Source: Ignavibacteriota bacterium
Lineage (GTDB): Bacteria > Bacteroidota > Ignavibacteria > Palsa-1295
Length of the DNA: 64,000 bases
Assembly (NCBI GenBank): GCA_963787835.1
Contig: CAWBEI010000003.1
Span: forward strand, 439,586 to 503,585
Direction of reading: 5' to 3'
Shown one piece after another: positions 48,615-60,051 of this stretch. The notes below the pieces were generated by a model. The model was not told the origin of the DNA. It saw only the letters and a list, made by a program, of their open reading frames with translations, and did not search any database. The position numbers and the translations under genes were made by a program. The first letter of the stretch is position 1, and each line of letters begins with the position of its first letter.

Positions 48615-51600
48615 TTACGCTACCGCGAGCCGCTCTTTTTTGGTGCGGCCGGTTGGCGCGGGTGGCGCAGCTTCCTGCGCGCCCATCCATCCGTTCGTTT
48701 CGAAGGAAGTTTGGAATCCTTCCTTCGGCGTAACGATAAGCTCGCGGAATTTCGGCAAGCCCGTTCCCGCCGGAATAAGATGCCCGACGATGACATTTTC
48801 CTTCAAGCCAAGGAGGGTATCCTTCTTGGCATTGATGGAGGCTTCGGTGAGCACTTTGGTCGTCTCCTGGAAGGATGCAGCGGAGATAAAGCTCTCGGTC
48901 TGCAGCGCGGCCTGGGTGATACCAAGCAGGATCGGCTCGCCATGCACGGGTTCTGCCGGCCGTGCTTCTGGGAACGCTTTACCCTTCTTCTTCAGCTCGC
49001 CCGCGACTTCCTTGAAGCGTTTCTTATCGACCATCTGGCCGATCTTGAACTTCGCGTCGCCGCGTTTGGTGATAAAGACGGAGTTCCGCATGATGTCGTT
49101 CTCCTCAGCAACCTTCACCTTATCGACTTCATCGTTGACAAGCAACAGTGAGTCACCAGAGGCCGTGATACGCACCTTGCCAAGCATCTGCCGGACGATC
49201 ACTTCGATGTGCTTATCCGAAATTTTCACGCCCTGCATACGATAGACTTCCTGGATCTCGTTGACGAGATACTGCTGCACTTCGGCCACACCCTTGATGG
49301 CAAGAATGTCATGCGGGTCAATGGCACCATCGCTCAGGCGTTCGCCGGAACGGACGGTATCGCCTTCCTGCACGAGGATGTGCTTACCGAACGGGATGGT
49401 GTACTCGCGGCGGTCTGTCGCATCGTGCGAGGTGACGACGACCACGCGGGAACCACGGCGAGGCTTCTCGAAATGCACCGTTCCATCGATCTCGGACACC
49501 GTCGCAGGATCGCTTGGCGAGCGCGCTTCGAACAGCTCGGTCACTCGCGGCAGACCGCCCGTGATGTCGCGCTGTTTACCGCTTTCGCGAGCGATCTTGA
49601 CGAGCACTTCACCCGGCTTGATCTGCGCATGATTTTGCACTTGCAGGATCGCGTTGCTGGGAATGATGTAATTGATCATGATGTGCCCATCGGGATGTAC
49701 AATATCGATCGTCGGCGATTTGGTGCGGTCGCGCGAGTCGATGGTGCGGGTCTGGAGGTTCCCGGTAAGTTCATCAGCCACCTGACGGAACGTTACATTC
49801 TCGATAAAGTCCTTGAAGCGGACCGTTCCGGGATGTTCCGAAATAATAACTGCATTATATGGATCCCACTCGTAGAGCATTTGTCCGCGGGTGATCTTCT
49901 CGTTCTTTTGGACAAGGATCTTCGCGCCGTAGGGCACATCGAACTTGCCGACCGTGCGGTTATCGTCATCAAGCACATTAACGACGCCGGAACGGCTCAT
50001 CACGATATTCTCGCCATCAGGATTTGTGATGACCTTCATGTCTTCGTACTGCACTGTGCCATCGAACTTCGACGTGACCTGCGACTGGGAAGCAATAAGA
50101 GACGCCGCACCGCCCGTATGGAATGTGCGGAGCGTGAGCTGTGTACCCGGTTCGCCGATGGACTGCGCGGCAATGATACCGACGGCCTCGCCCATTTCGA
50201 CGATCTTGTGCGTGGTAAGATTGCGCCCGTAGCATTGCGCGCACACGCCGCGGCGCTGCTCACAGGTGAGTACGGAACGAATAAGCACGGTTTCGATGGA
50301 AGTCGAAGCGATCTTGGCTGCCACTTCTTCGTCGATCATGCCGCCTGCTTCGAGGATCACTTCCTGCGAAATAGGATCGATGATATGATCGAGGCACACG
50401 CGGCCCAGAATTCGTTCCGAAAGCGGCTCCTTCACATCCTCGCCCTCTTTGAGTGCGCTGACGGGAATTCCGCGGATCGTCCCGCAATCGAAGCCGCTGA
50501 TGATCGCGTCCTGCGCGGCATCGATAAGGCGGCGCGTGAGATAACCGGCGTCGGCCGTTTTGAGAGCCGTGTCGGCAAGTCCCTTACGAGCGCCGTGCGT
50601 CGAAATAAAGTATTCGAGGATCGAAAGTCCCTCATGGAAGTTCGAGATGATCGGGTTCTCGATGAGTTCCCCTGTCTGGCCGGAAAGCGATTTCTGCGGC
50701 TTGGCCATAAGACCGCGCATACCGGCAAGCTGACGCACCTGCTCCTTGGAACCGCGAGCGCCGGAATCGACCATCATATATAATGGATTGAATCCGTTAC
50801 GGTCGTGTGCAAGAGCATCGAACAGCTTATCCGCTGTGCGATTCGTGGCACGGGTCCAGATGTCGATCACCTTATTGTACTTTTCACCGGAAGTGATAAA
50901 GCCGTTCAGGTATTTATCCTGCACGTCATCGACCTGTTTGCGGGCCTTCGAAATGATCTCGTCCTTTTCCTTCGGAACGATAATATCTGAGAGCGCCACC
51001 GAAAGACCGCCCTTCATAGCATAGCTGAATCCCATTTCCTTGAGCTTGTCAAGGAACTCGACCGTCTTCAGATTGCCGACCGTGCGGAATGTCGTCGCAA
51101 TGATCTGGCGCAGACGTTTCTTGGTGAGCAGTTCGTTGAGATAGCCCAGTTCTTGCGGAACGATCTCATTGAAAATGACGCGGCCCGTTGTCGTTTCGAT
51201 CATCTTGCCGTTAACGCGAACGTGAACTTTCGCATGAAGATCGAGGCGTCCAAGATTATTGGCAATAATAACTTCCGCCGGGGAGTGGAAACGCATGCCC
51301 TCGCCTAAAACACCATCGCGGTGCTTCGTGAGGTAATACGCTCCAAGAACCATGTCCTGGCTGGGAACCGCGATCGGTTCGCCGTTCTGCGGGGAAATGA
51401 TGTTGTGCGACGAAAGCATGAGGATAGCACATTCGAGCTGTGCCTCATACGAAAGCGGTACGTGTACGGCCATTTGATCGCCGTCAAAGTCAGCATTGAA
51501 CGCCGTACAGACGAGCGGGTGAACCTGAATAGCGCGTCCCTCGACAAGCCGAGGCTGGAACGCCTGAATGCCAAGCCTGTGCAGCGTTGGCGCACGATTG

Positions 51601-52904
51601 AGCATGATCGGATGCCCATCGATAATGGATTCCAGGATGTCCCACACTTCGGTCGTTTTTCGTTCCACAACCTTCTTCGCGCTCTTGACGGTCTTCGTCA
51701 ATCCGCGCTCGATAAGTTTGCGTATGATGAACGGTTTGAAGAGTTCGACCGCCATCTCTTTGGGCAAGCCGCACTCGTGCAATTTCAGTTCGGGTCCGAC
51801 AACGATCACCGAACGGCCAGAATAATCGACACGCTTTCCGAGCAAGTTCTGACGGAAGCGGCCTTGCTTACCCTTCAGCGTATCCGAAAGGGATTTGAGC
51901 GCGCGGCTGGTGTCCGAACGCACGGCAGAAACGCGGCGGGAATTATCTAAAAGTGAATCAACGGCTTCCTGAAGCATGCGCTTCTCATTACGCAAAATTA
52001 CTTCCGGCGCTTTGATATCCATCAGGCGCTTCAAGCGGTTGTTGCGGATGATCACGCGGCGATAGAGATCGTTAAGATCGCTCGTCGCAAAACGTCCGCC
52101 CTCCAGCGGTACGAGCGGACGAAGCTCCGGCGGAATGACGGGGATGACATCCATGACCATCCACCACGGCTTGTTCTCGGGTTTGCCTTCCTCTTCGCGG
52201 AATGCTTCGATGGAACGCAGGCGCTTGAGCGCGTCCTGACGCTTCAACTGGGATGTTTCCTCGCGCGCGGCACGGCGAAGATCTAGCGAAAGCGCTTCGA
52301 TGTCGATACGGCGAAGCAATTCTTTAACGGCTGCACCACCGATAAGGGCGACGAACTTATTCGGGTCGTCATTTGGGAGGTCCTGATTGCCGGCCGGGAG
52401 CGAATCGAGCACGCGGTAGTATTCTTCTTCCGTAAGAAGATGGCGTGACGGAAGCCCGGTTGGTCCCGGATTCACGACCGCATACGACTCATAATAAACG
52501 ATCTTTTCGAGATCCTTGGTCGGAAGCCCGAGCAAATGGCCGATCTTGTTCGGCAGCGAACGGAAAAACCAAATGTGTACCACTGGCACACCAAGCTGGA
52601 TGTGTCCGAAGCGCTCGCGGCGAACGGAACGTGTCGTTACCTCGACGCCGCACCGGTCGCAAATAATGCCTTTATAGCGGATACGTTTGTATTTTCCGCA
52701 ATAACATTCCCAGTCGCGGGTTGGGCCAAAGATCTTCTCGCAAAAGAGTCCATCTTTTTCCGGGCGATACGAGCGGTAATTGATCGTCTCCGGTTTGGTC
52801 ACTTCTCCGTGACTCCGGTTCAGGATCGATTCCGGGCTCGAAAGCCCGACCGAGATCGATGCGAAATTACGAAGTGGTACTTCCTGCGGCAACATGTAAG
52901 CCAT
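48615..52904 (-). CDS. rpoC: RNA polymerase beta' subunit
   Basis: [51 protein letters not shown]. Confidence 0.99.
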   Translation of the reverse strand: MAYMLPQEVPLRNFASISVGLSSPESILNRSHGEVTKPETINYRSYRPEKDGLFCEKIFGPTRDWECYCGKYKRIRYKGIICDRCGVEVTTRSVRRERFGHIQLGVPVVHIWFFRSLPNKIGHLLGLPTKDLEKIVYYESYAVVNPGPTGLPSRHLLTEEEYYRVLDSLPAGNQDLPNDDPNKFVALIGGAAVKELLRRIDIEALSLDLRRAAREETSQLKRQDALKRLRSIEAFREEEGKPENKPWWMVMDVIPVIPPELRPLVPLEGGRFATSDLNDLYRRVIIRNNRLKRLMDIKAPEVILRNEKRMLQEAVDSLLDNSRRVSAVRSDTSRALKSLSDTLKGKQGRFRQNLLGKRVDYSGRSVIVVGPELKLHECGLPKEMAVELFKPFIIRKLIERGLTKTVKSAKKVVERKTTEVWDILESIIDGHPIMLNRAPTLHRLGIQAFQPRLVEGRAIQVHPLVCTAFNADFDGDQMAVHVPLSYEAQLECAILMLSSHNIISPQNGEPIAVPSQDMVLGAYYLTKHRDGVLGEGMRFHSPAEVIIANNLGRLDLHAKVHVRVNGKMIETTTGRVIFNEIVPQELGYLNELLTKKRLRQIIATTFRTVGNLKTVEFLDKLKEMGFSYAMKGGLSVALSDIIVPKEKDEIISKARKQVDDVQDKYLNGFITSGEKYNKVIDIWTRATNRTADKLFDALAHDRNGFNPLYMMVDSGARGSKEQVRQLAGMRGLMAKPQKSLSGQTGELIENPIISNFHEGLSILEYFISTHGARKGLADTALKTADAGYLTRRLIDAAQDAIISGFDCGTIRGIPVSALKEGEDVKEPLSERILGRVCLDHIIDPISQEVILEAGGMIDEEVAAKIASTSIETVLIRSVLTCEQRRGVCAQCYGRNLTTHKIVEMGEAVGIIAAQSIGEPGTQLTLRTFHTGGAASLIASQSQVTSKFDGTVQYEDMKVITNPDGENIVMSRSGVVNVLDDDNRTVGKFDVPYGAKILVQKNEKITRGQMLYEWDPYNAVIISEHPGTVRFKDFIENVTFRQVADELTGNLQTRTIDSRDRTKSPTIDIVHPDGHIMINYIIPSNAILQVQNHAQIKPGEVLVKIARESGKQRDITGGLPRVTELFEARSPSDPATVSEIDGTVHFEKPRRGSRVVVVTSHDATDRREYTIPFGKHILVQEGDTVRSGERLSDGAIDPHDILAIKGVAEVQQYLVNEIQEVYRMQGVKISDKHIEVIVRQMLGKVRITASGDSLLLVNDEVDKVKVAEENDIMRNSVFITKRGDAKFKIGQMVDKKRFKEVAGELKKKGKAFPEARPAEPVHGEPILLGITQAALQTESFISAASFQETTKVLTEASINAKKDTLLGLKENVIVGHLIPAGTGLPKFRELIVTPKEGFQTSFETNGWMGAQEAAPPAPTGRTKKERLAVA

Positions 52905-52991
52905 AATATCTCCTATTATATTTCTCTAAAACTTTTTTCTATGGTGCATTTGTCCATTCGATCCCAAAGGACCGAATGGACAGAAATGACA

Positions 52992-55900
52992 TTAATCGAT
53001 ACGGATCTCTATTCCGAGACCTTGCAGCTCGCGCACGAGCACGCTGAACGATTCCGGTACGCTTGGCTCCGGCATATTCTCGCCCTTGACGATCGCCTCA
53101 TAGACCTTCGAGCGGCCCGGCACATCGTCCGACTTCACGGTAAGAATTTCCTGGAGGGTGTGCGCAGCGCCATACGCTTCGAGCGCCCACACTTCCATCT
53201 CACCAAAACGCTGACCACCGAACTGCGCTTTACCACCCAACGGCTGCTGCGTGATAAGCGAATACGGTCCGATCGAACGCGCGTGGATCTTATCATCGAC
53301 CAAGTGCGAGAGCTTCATCATATAGATCTCGCCAACGGTAACGGGCTGGCTGAATTTCTCTCCGGAACGGCCATCATAAAGCTCGGTTCGAGCATCGACA
53401 TTCAGATCCGCTTCCGTGAGATACGACTTCACATCGTTCCAGTGCGCACCATCGAAGATCGGGGTCTCGAAACGCACGCCAAGCTTATGAGCTGCGAACC
53501 CGAGGGCGGTCTCATACAACTGCCCGATATTCATACGGCTTGGTACGCCAAGCGGGTTGAGAACGATATCGACCGGAGTTCCATCGGCAAGGAATGGCAT
53601 ATCCTGCTGAGGCACGATCTTCGCCACGACTCCCTTGTTACCATGGCGGCCTGCCATTTTATCGCCAACGGAAAGCTTGCGCTTTTTTGCGACATAAACT
53701 TTCGCCATTTGCATGATACCCGGCTGAAGTTCATCGCCCAAGCCCACTTTGGAGCGCTCGCGGCGCACATCGGCGTCGATGTCCTCGCGTTTGCCCCAGT
53801 ATCCTTCATAGATCCGGCGAACCTGATTCATCTTTCGGCGGTCTTCGAGCCAATCGGCGCCGACGTAAAGCTTCTCAAGCTCGTCCAATCGAGAGTAGAA
53901 GGTGTCGTGCTTGAACGAAACGCCCGACCGGATAACGGTTGCACCATCCAGATCGCGAACGCCAACGGACACTTCGCCATCGAGAACCTTCAGCAGTTTC
54001 TCGGCAAGTTTGCGATTGGTGTCATCGAACTGATCCTTGTACATCTTGTCGATGGCGTCGATACGGCGTTTTTCTTCACGCTTTTCTTCGCCCTCTTTTT
54101 TGATGCCCTTGCGGGAAAAGAGCTTGGTCTCGACAACGACACCCTTAATTCCGGGCGGCGCTTTCATAGAAGCATCCTTGACATCGCCGGCCTTATCGCC
54201 GAAGATCGCGCGCAGAAGTTTTTCTTCCGGTGTAGGATCGGTCTCGCCCTTCGGGGTGATCTTACCGATGATAATATCGCCTTCTTTTACTTCCGCGCCG
54301 GTACGAATGACGCCCGTCTCATCGAGATCTTTCGTCGCTTCTTCGGAGACGTTCGGGATTTCGCGCGTTAGTTCTTCCTCGCCACGCTTGGTGTCGCGGA
54401 CGTGCAGTTCGAACTCCTCGATATGGATAGAAGTATAAATATCTTCCGAAACGACGCGCTCGGAAATGACGATAGCATCCTCAAAGTTATATCCGCGCCA
54501 CGGCATGAATGCCACCAGCACGTTGCGGCCAAGGGCCAATTCGCCGAGTTCCGTGGAAGAAGAATCCGCGAGAACGGTTCCCTTCTTCACGCGCTGGCCT
54601 TCGCGCACGCTCGGGCGCTGCGAGATGCAGGTATCCTGATTCGTTCGGAAGAACTTGGTCAGTTTGTATTCGCGATGACGGCGATCGTCAAAGCTGGAAA
54701 GGATCTCGTCGCGGGAGCCTTCATCATCATAGACCATCACGATGCGATCGGCGTCCACCGACTCTACAAGACCATCGCGTTCCGCGAGAAGCAGCGCACG
54801 GCTATCGCGCGCAATCTTGCCTTCAAAACCTGTGGCGACGAGGGGCGCTTCCGGACGTAACAGCGGGACGGCTTGGCGTTGCATGTTCGATCCCATAAGA
54901 GCGCGGTTAGCATCGTCATGTTCCAGGAATGGAACGAGCGCCGCAGCCGCGCTGACGATCTGCGAGGGCGCAACATCCATATATTGCACTTTATCCGGCG
55001 CGATCACTATAAAATCGCCGAACTGACGCGCACTGATGCGGTCATCGACAAAGTGACCATCCTTATCGAGCGCCTGATTCGCCTGCGCGATGACCTTATC
55101 CTCTTCATCGTCGGCGCTCAGATACGTAATATCGGTGGTAACTTTACCATCCTTCACGATGCGGTACGGCGTTTCCAAGAACCCGAACTCATTGATCCGA
55201 GCATAGACCGCAAGCGAAGAGATAAGACCAATATTCGGACCTTCCGGCGTTTCGATCGGGCAGAGGCGGCCGTAATGTGTGTAGTGAACGTCACGAACTT
55301 CGAAGCCGGCGCGTTCGCGGGTAAGACCGCCAGGTCCCAGCGCGGACATACGGCGCTTGTGTGTCATTTCCGCCAAAGGATTGGTCTGATCCATGAACTG
55401 CGAAAGCTGATTTGTTCCGAAGAATGTGTTGACCACGCTCGTCACCGTTCTAGCATTGACGAGATCGGCAGGCCCGACCTTTTCATCATGGATCGACATA
55501 CGCTCACGGATTGTACGCGCCATACGCGCAAGGCCGATATTGAACTGCTGTGCAAGCTGCTCGCCAACGGTGCGAACGCGGCGGTTACCAAGATGATCGA
55601 TATCATCCACCGAAGCTTTGCCAAGCTGCAAACGAATGATATATTTCAGGATCTCGATAATATCTTCCTTCGTGAGCGTGGTGATCTCGTTCGGAATTCC
55701 CGGGGTTCCCTCGTGGAGGGTTTGGTTGAGGCGAATACGCCCGACCAAGCCGAGATCGTATCGCTTCTGATTGAAAAAGAGCTTTTCAAGCAATCCGCGT
55801 GCAGCTTCCATATCCGGAGCTTCGGAGGAACGCATGACGCGATAGATCGCTTCGAACGCATCGTCCGTCGAACGGGAAGTATCTTTCTGGATCGTATTGA

Positions 55901-56825
55901 GAATAACGGCGCCGCCGGTATCTTCGAGATCCATAAAGCGTACCTTACGAATACCGCCGGTACGAAGGCGCTCGATGTGCTCTTCGAGGAATGTCGAATC
56001 TTTCGAAAGGAAAATTTCGCCCGTGTTCATGTCGATCACGTCGGCGGCGATGAGCTTGCCAACATAAGCGGTAAGATCGGCAGTCTTGACATCGACATCC
56101 TGAATAAGACCGAAAAGATGGAGAATATCCTCATCGCTGGACCATCCGAGTGCGCGGAGCAGCATCGTGACCGGGAATTTCTTCTTACGGTCGATGTAGG
56201 CCCAAAGCACATTATTAATATCGGTGGTGAACTCGACCCAGCTTCCGCGGAACGGGATGACACGACCGGAAAAGATCGTCGTACCGTTTGGATGCAAGCT
56301 TTCCGCAAAGAATACACCCGGCGAGCGGTGCAACTGCGAAACAACAACGCGCTCGGCGCCATTGATAATGAAGGTACCGCGCTCGGTCATCATGGGAAGG
56401 TTACCGAGAAACACTTCCTGCTCGACGGTCTCTACAAAATCCTCGCTCTTTTCTTCGGGATTTTTTGAGGCAAGGCGAAGTCGAGTCTTCAGCGGAACGC
56501 TGAACGTCAGCCCGCGCTCCTGGCACTCCTGCACGGTATAGCGTGGCTTTTCAAGGCGATAATCGAGATATTCGAGCACGAACGTCTCGCGGCTGTCGAT
56601 GATCGGGAAATTTAACTGAAACACGGATTCGAGTCCGGTCACGCGGCGATCGGCGATCGGCACACCATCCTGAAGGAATTCCTGAAACGACTGAAGCTGC
56701 ACGTCCAACAGATCGGGCAGATCATAATCGCGTGGAATTTTGGAGAACGAGATACGCCCCGTGTCTATTACGTGAGCGTCCCCGAGTAGTGGAATTTTAT
56801 TGGTTGCTTTCGCTGAACGTGCCAT
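52992..56825 (-). CDS. rpoB: RNA polymerase beta subunit
   Basis: SQLHRSPG, DIDHLGNRR, SQFMDQTN, GDKMAGRHGNKG, GQRFGEMEVWALEAYG. Confidence 0.99.
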   Translation of the reverse strand: MARSAKATNKIPLLGDAHVIDTGRISFSKIPRDYDLPDLLDVQLQSFQEFLQDGVPIADRRVTGLESVFQLNFPIIDSRETFVLEYLDYRLEKPRYTVQECQERGLTFSVPLKTRLRLASKNPEEKSEDFVETVEQEVFLGNLPMMTERGTFIINGAERVVVSQLHRSPGVFFAESLHPNGTTIFSGRVIPFRGSWVEFTTDINNVLWAYIDRKKKFPVTMLLRALGWSSDEDILHLFGLIQDVDVKTADLTAYVGKLIAADVIDMNTGEIFLSKDSTFLEEHIERLRTGGIRKVRFMDLEDTGGAVILNTIQKDTSRSTDDAFEAIYRVMRSSEAPDMEAARGLLEKLFFNQKRYDLGLVGRIRLNQTLHEGTPGIPNEITTLTKEDIIEILKYIIRLQLGKASVDDIDHLGNRRVRTVGEQLAQQFNIGLARMARTIRERMSIHDEKVGPADLVNARTVTSVVNTFFGTNQLSQFMDQTNPLAEMTHKRRMSALGPGGLTRERAGFEVRDVHYTHYGRLCPIETPEGPNIGLISSLAVYARINEFGFLETPYRIVKDGKVTTDITYLSADDEEDKVIAQANQALDKDGHFVDDRISARQFGDFIVIAPDKVQYMDVAPSQIVSAAAALVPFLEHDDANRALMGSNMQRQAVPLLRPEAPLVATGFEGKIARDSRALLLAERDGLVESVDADRIVMVYDDEGSRDEILSSFDDRRHREYKLTKFFRTNQDTCISQRPSVREGQRVKKGTVLADSSSTELGELALGRNVLVAFMPWRGYNFEDAIVISERVVSEDIYTSIHIEEFELHVRDTKRGEEELTREIPNVSEEATKDLDETGVIRTGAEVKEGDIIIGKITPKGETDPTPEEKLLRAIFGDKAGDVKDASMKAPPGIKGVVVETKLFSRKGIKKEGEEKREEKRRIDAIDKMYKDQFDDTNRKLAEKLLKVLDGEVSVGVRDLDGATVIRSGVSFKHDTFYSRLDELEKLYVGADWLEDRRKMNQVRRIYEGYWGKREDIDADVRRERSKVGLGDELQPGIMQMAKVYVAKKRKLSVGDKMAGRHGNKGVVAKIVPQQDMPFLADGTPVDIVLNPLGVPSRMNIGQLYETALGFAAHKLGVRFETPIFDGAHWNDVKSYLTEADLNVDARTELYDGRSGEKFSQPVTVGEIYMMKLSHLVDDKIHARSIGPYSLITQQPLGGKAQFGGQRFGEMEVWALEAYGAAHTLQEILTVKSDDVPGRSKVYEAIVKGENMPEPSVPESFSVLVRELQGLGIEIRID

Positions 56826-57398
56826 AATTATTATCGAGAATCCTTATAAATCTTTACTAAATCTGATGCGAGATCAGGAGGTTTTCTTACGTAAGAGGCG
56901 ACTATTCCTCTCGCGGCTTGTCAGAACAAGCCACTTGGATGTGGCCGCGCGGGTTACGATTGCGGCGGAGCAAAAAACGGGGGGGTACCTCGGCTCAGTG
57001 GCCAGAGCGCGAATGACAGACGATTCGCAGGAGAGGACAAAATGACGACATTAGGAACAGCGGCGCTGCTCCCGAAGTATGAGTATAAGATCAATGTGGT
57101 CGAATGTTTAATTTGCCGCTGAATTTCTACTGGCCTACCATCCCCACCCAAAGGGTGTTGAATCAGGTGTCTAAATTCAGACAACCAAACGTTTTTCGAT
57201 GAAAAATTGCTTTTCCATCGCAGTTTTAGCCATTTCCTGGCCGTTATGCGAACGATCGCTCATTCGCTTTTCCTCTGCTGCACTTTAGGGTTGGAGTATG
57301 CTTTAATTGTCTCCCCCTTTTTTCGCGCGTGACGGAAACCAAAGATGAATTCGAATAATTCCGGGGAAATTATTCGTATGATAATTAATTATTATTAG

Positions 57399-57434
57399 AA
57401 AAAAGGCTTCTTCAAGAAAAGCTTGAGAAAGGCC
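57399..57434 (-). terminator. Probable intrinsic terminator after the coiled-coil gene
   Basis: Minus strand GGCCTTTCTCAAG-CTTTT-CTTGAAGAAGCC followed by a T run; imperfect stem. Confidence 0.55.
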
Positions 57435-57455
57435 CAGGAGGAATAAATCTATTTT

Positions 57456-57743
57456 TTAAATACCCGCACGGGAGAGACGGTCGTCGTGATTATCCACCTT
57501 CCGGTCGATAGACTGGAACAATCGCACCAGCATTCCATGATCCTCGGCCTGGATGCGTTGCGTTTCGATGATCTTCGCATCGTTTTCAGCTAAAAGAAGC
57601 TGGATATCCTTAATGTCCCGCATATCGGCCTGAAGCAGCTTCATATCGGTTCGAAGCTCATCCAGCCATTTGTAGAACATAGCCATATACTCATCGAAAT
57701 TCATCTCAAGCCTTCCTAACCGCGCTTCTATATCGTCTGCCAT
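57456..57743 (-). CDS. Small coiled-coil hypothetical protein
   Basis: 95 aa with heptad pattern (LRTDMKLLQADMRDIKDIQ); ATG start; followed by a terminator. Confidence 0.7.
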   Translation of the reverse strand: MADDIEARLGRLEMNFDEYMAMFYKWLDELRTDMKLLQADMRDIKDIQLLLAENDAKIIETQRIQAEDHGMLVRLFQSIDRKVDNHDDRLSRAGI

Positions 57744-57847
57744 GCTTTTCTAATGATTAATCTCCGGCTTTGGTTCATGTAGTAGAATGCGGTTTTGGCA
57801 CGGCATAGAACATTAAGAAGATAAATGTTCTGAATGGTGCTATTCCT

Positions 57848-59230
57848 TCACAAACTTCGCCCCGAATGCCCATCACTTATGAAATACACTCCCAATGGAA
57901 GCGAAGAAATATCTAGCATATTCCCGTTTCTGGGAACCGCATAACTGCGACCAAGCGGATCGGCAATAGAAATCGCTCCGGCTGGCGATGCGATGTTAAT
58001 GAGATTTATTGCAGGATTAGGATAAAGAGTGAAATTAGCTTGAGATGGAACATTCGGTGTAACGCTGGAAGGAACAGGCTCTAAATAGGCAAGCACATCG
58101 GAGTTGTAAGTAAAACTATTGGTATCTAAAGTAACTGAAGCAATGATGCCTCCTGAACCGGTCACACCGATCGCGTTTATCCGAAAGTAGCTATGTCCAT
58201 CATCCAAAGGCACCGTATCCAGTTCCCATGTCGTTCCCCGATCCCTGCTAATGAGTATTTCGCCCAGAGAGTCAAAACCTGCCACAACAATGGTCTGCTG
58301 ATCGAGTGCCGTGAGGATGTCTTCGTCCATCCCATGATGCGTGCGGGGGACAGGCAATTCTTCCCAATTGAGCCCAAGGTCTGTGGAGCGGACGACGGTT
58401 GGGATTTCATCGGAGTATTGATTGGTACCTGCGGAATCATACCGGTATGCCAAAAAGGCGAGCGTATCGCCTGGCCCAAAGTAAAAATATTCGGGGACTA
58501 GATCTCCGTTTAAGAAGGGGCCATTCAGTGTACAAAGCGAGGTGTCCGATGTTGCCCAATCATTATATGTGGTTACAATAGTGTCCGGGTCGTTGGATTT
58601 AGCTCCCCCAAAAATTTCTCGGAACATTCCGTTCCCGTAGGAATGACCATATTCTGAACTACGTGTACAATGTAACCCGGAATCGTCCGTGGAAAAATAT
58701 AGCTCGTCACCTACATCGAAAAGATATCCTTCCGCAGGAGTGGAAAAATCTACGCCTGAAAAACCAATTGCTTGCGTATCGTACCCGAAAATCAAGGGTT
58801 TTAGAACTACAGTATCTGTTCGCCATGTATTCCAATTATCGGACGTTCTCACGGTAATGCCTTTTTCGCCAACGGCCATTGCATGCACGGAGTCGATCTG
58901 CTCCATGGCATACAGCACCAAATTTCCAGAGGAATTCCATGTGTAATATTCCTGCGGAAGTCCTGCCGGAGGGATAGAATCCCATGTGAGGCCACCATCG
59001 CTGCTATGAAAAATAACGTTCGAATTTACCTGATCTATGCTTTTGCGGATCGGCCATGAATAACATAAAGCGGAACAATTTTCACCGCTACACGATATCG
59101 AAATAAACCCATATCGTGTTGTATCGATCTGGTTAGCATGAACGATGTGCCACCGGTATTGCGCGTGCGCATAAGGGGCGAATGCCAGGAAAGCGAACAG
59201 AGCCAGTAGAATTGATTTTCGTAAACTCAT
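57848..59230 (-). CDS. Secreted BNR/beta-propeller protein with T9SS-type CTD; probable frameshift in the last codons
   Basis: Signal peptide; SSDGGLTW, STDLGLNW, SRDRGTTW repeats; LYPNPA...LPLGVYFI; the alternative frame gives AKFVKE* ending at 57840. Confidence 0.83.
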   Translation of the reverse strand: MSLRKSILLALFAFLAFAPYAHAQYRWHIVHANQIDTTRYGFISISCSGENCSALCYSWPIRKSIDQVNSNVIFHSSDGGLTWDSIPPAGLPQEYYTWNSSGNLVLYAMEQIDSVHAMAVGEKGITVRTSDNWNTWRTDTVVLKPLIFGYDTQAIGFSGVDFSTPAEGYLFDVGDELYFSTDDSGLHCTRSSEYGHSYGNGMFREIFGGAKSNDPDTIVTTYNDWATSDTSLCTLNGPFLNGDLVPEYFYFGPGDTLAFLAYRYDSAGTNQYSDEIPTVVRSTDLGLNWEELPVPRTHHGMDEDILTALDQQTIVVAGFDSLGEILISRDRGTTWELDTVPLDDGHSYFRINAIGVTGSGGIIASVTLDTNSFTYNSDVLAYLEPVPSSVTPNVPSQANFTLYPNPAINLINIASPAGAISIADPLGRSYAVPRNGNMLDISSLPLGVYFISDGHSGRSL

Positions 59231-59381
59231 CTCAATAATGTCGTGACTTAATTAATCGACCCAGACGAAGACGGTCTTCGCATTTTCTTGAAGCGGAAGA
59301 TTCAGAAAAAATCGTGCTTTAAGAAAATACACAAAACGGGGTTGAGTTCATACCCCTCGTTCATAGCTCTCGTTGATCCGC

Positions 59382-59849
59382 TTAATAATTCACCTTGATC
59401 GTCTTTGCTGTCGCATTAAGTGTGACGCTATAGTTCGTTAGTGGCGATGCTGCAGGACCGTTGACGACCTGACCGAATAAATTGAACCTCGATCCGTGGC
59501 ATCCACAATAGATCGACCCACCGCTCGGGGAATCGACCTGACATCCCTGGTGCGTGCAGAGCATCGAAAGCGCCGTGTAAGTTGTAGCATTTTGCCGAAT
59601 GACAAGTATTGGTGTTCCGTCGGGCGTTACACTCGAATCAACCATGAACTGGCCGTTCGAGGTAAGCGAAGCGATGTTTATCGTGGTTGTTCCATGCGAA
59701 ATGGAAGGCCCCGTTAAGGAAGAACATGCTTCAATTATCTGGCCGAGCGCTCCTGCAAGCGTTACGCCCGTTAAAACCATACCTGTTCTTTTGAGGAATT
59801 CGCGGCGACCAACCGCAGATTCCAGAGAAAAAATTTGGGAGGATTCCAT
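59382..59849 (-). CDS. Small Tat-exported Rieske [2Fe-2S] protein
   Basis: Tat motif GRREFLK, CTHQGC, CGCHGSRF, GPA..PL; likely start ATG 59849. Confidence 0.92.
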   Translation of the reverse strand: MESSQIFSLESAVGRREFLKRTGMVLTGVTLAGALGQIIEACSSLTGPSISHGTTTINIASLTSNGQFMVDSSVTPDGTPILVIRQNATTYTALSMLCTHQGCQVDSPSGGSIYCGCHGSRFNLFGQVVNGPAASPLTNYSVTLNATAKTIKVNY

Positions 59850-60051
59850 TATATTTTGTACTAATGCTACTGTGACCGTTGCAAACATTTGAATTAAGAC
59901 ACATTGTGCCTTTGAAATGGAACTCCATACCGGTGCTTACGTCACACAAATAAAATATCCATCACATTTCTGAGTTCAGACACCCATCGCGAGCGATGCT
60001 GTTTTTACCCGGTATGACGAACTATTATCAATCCTCGTGAATTAAACCATT

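Noticed and set aside
49209-56468. Very long plus-strand ORFs (49209-50783, 52536-54371, 54873-56468)
   Set aside because: Antisense shadows of rpoC/rpoB expected from strong codon bias; no recognisable motifs
56954-57184. 76-aa leader ORF upstream of rpoB
   Set aside because: Non-ATG start, no motif or clear ribosome-binding site; cannot be supported
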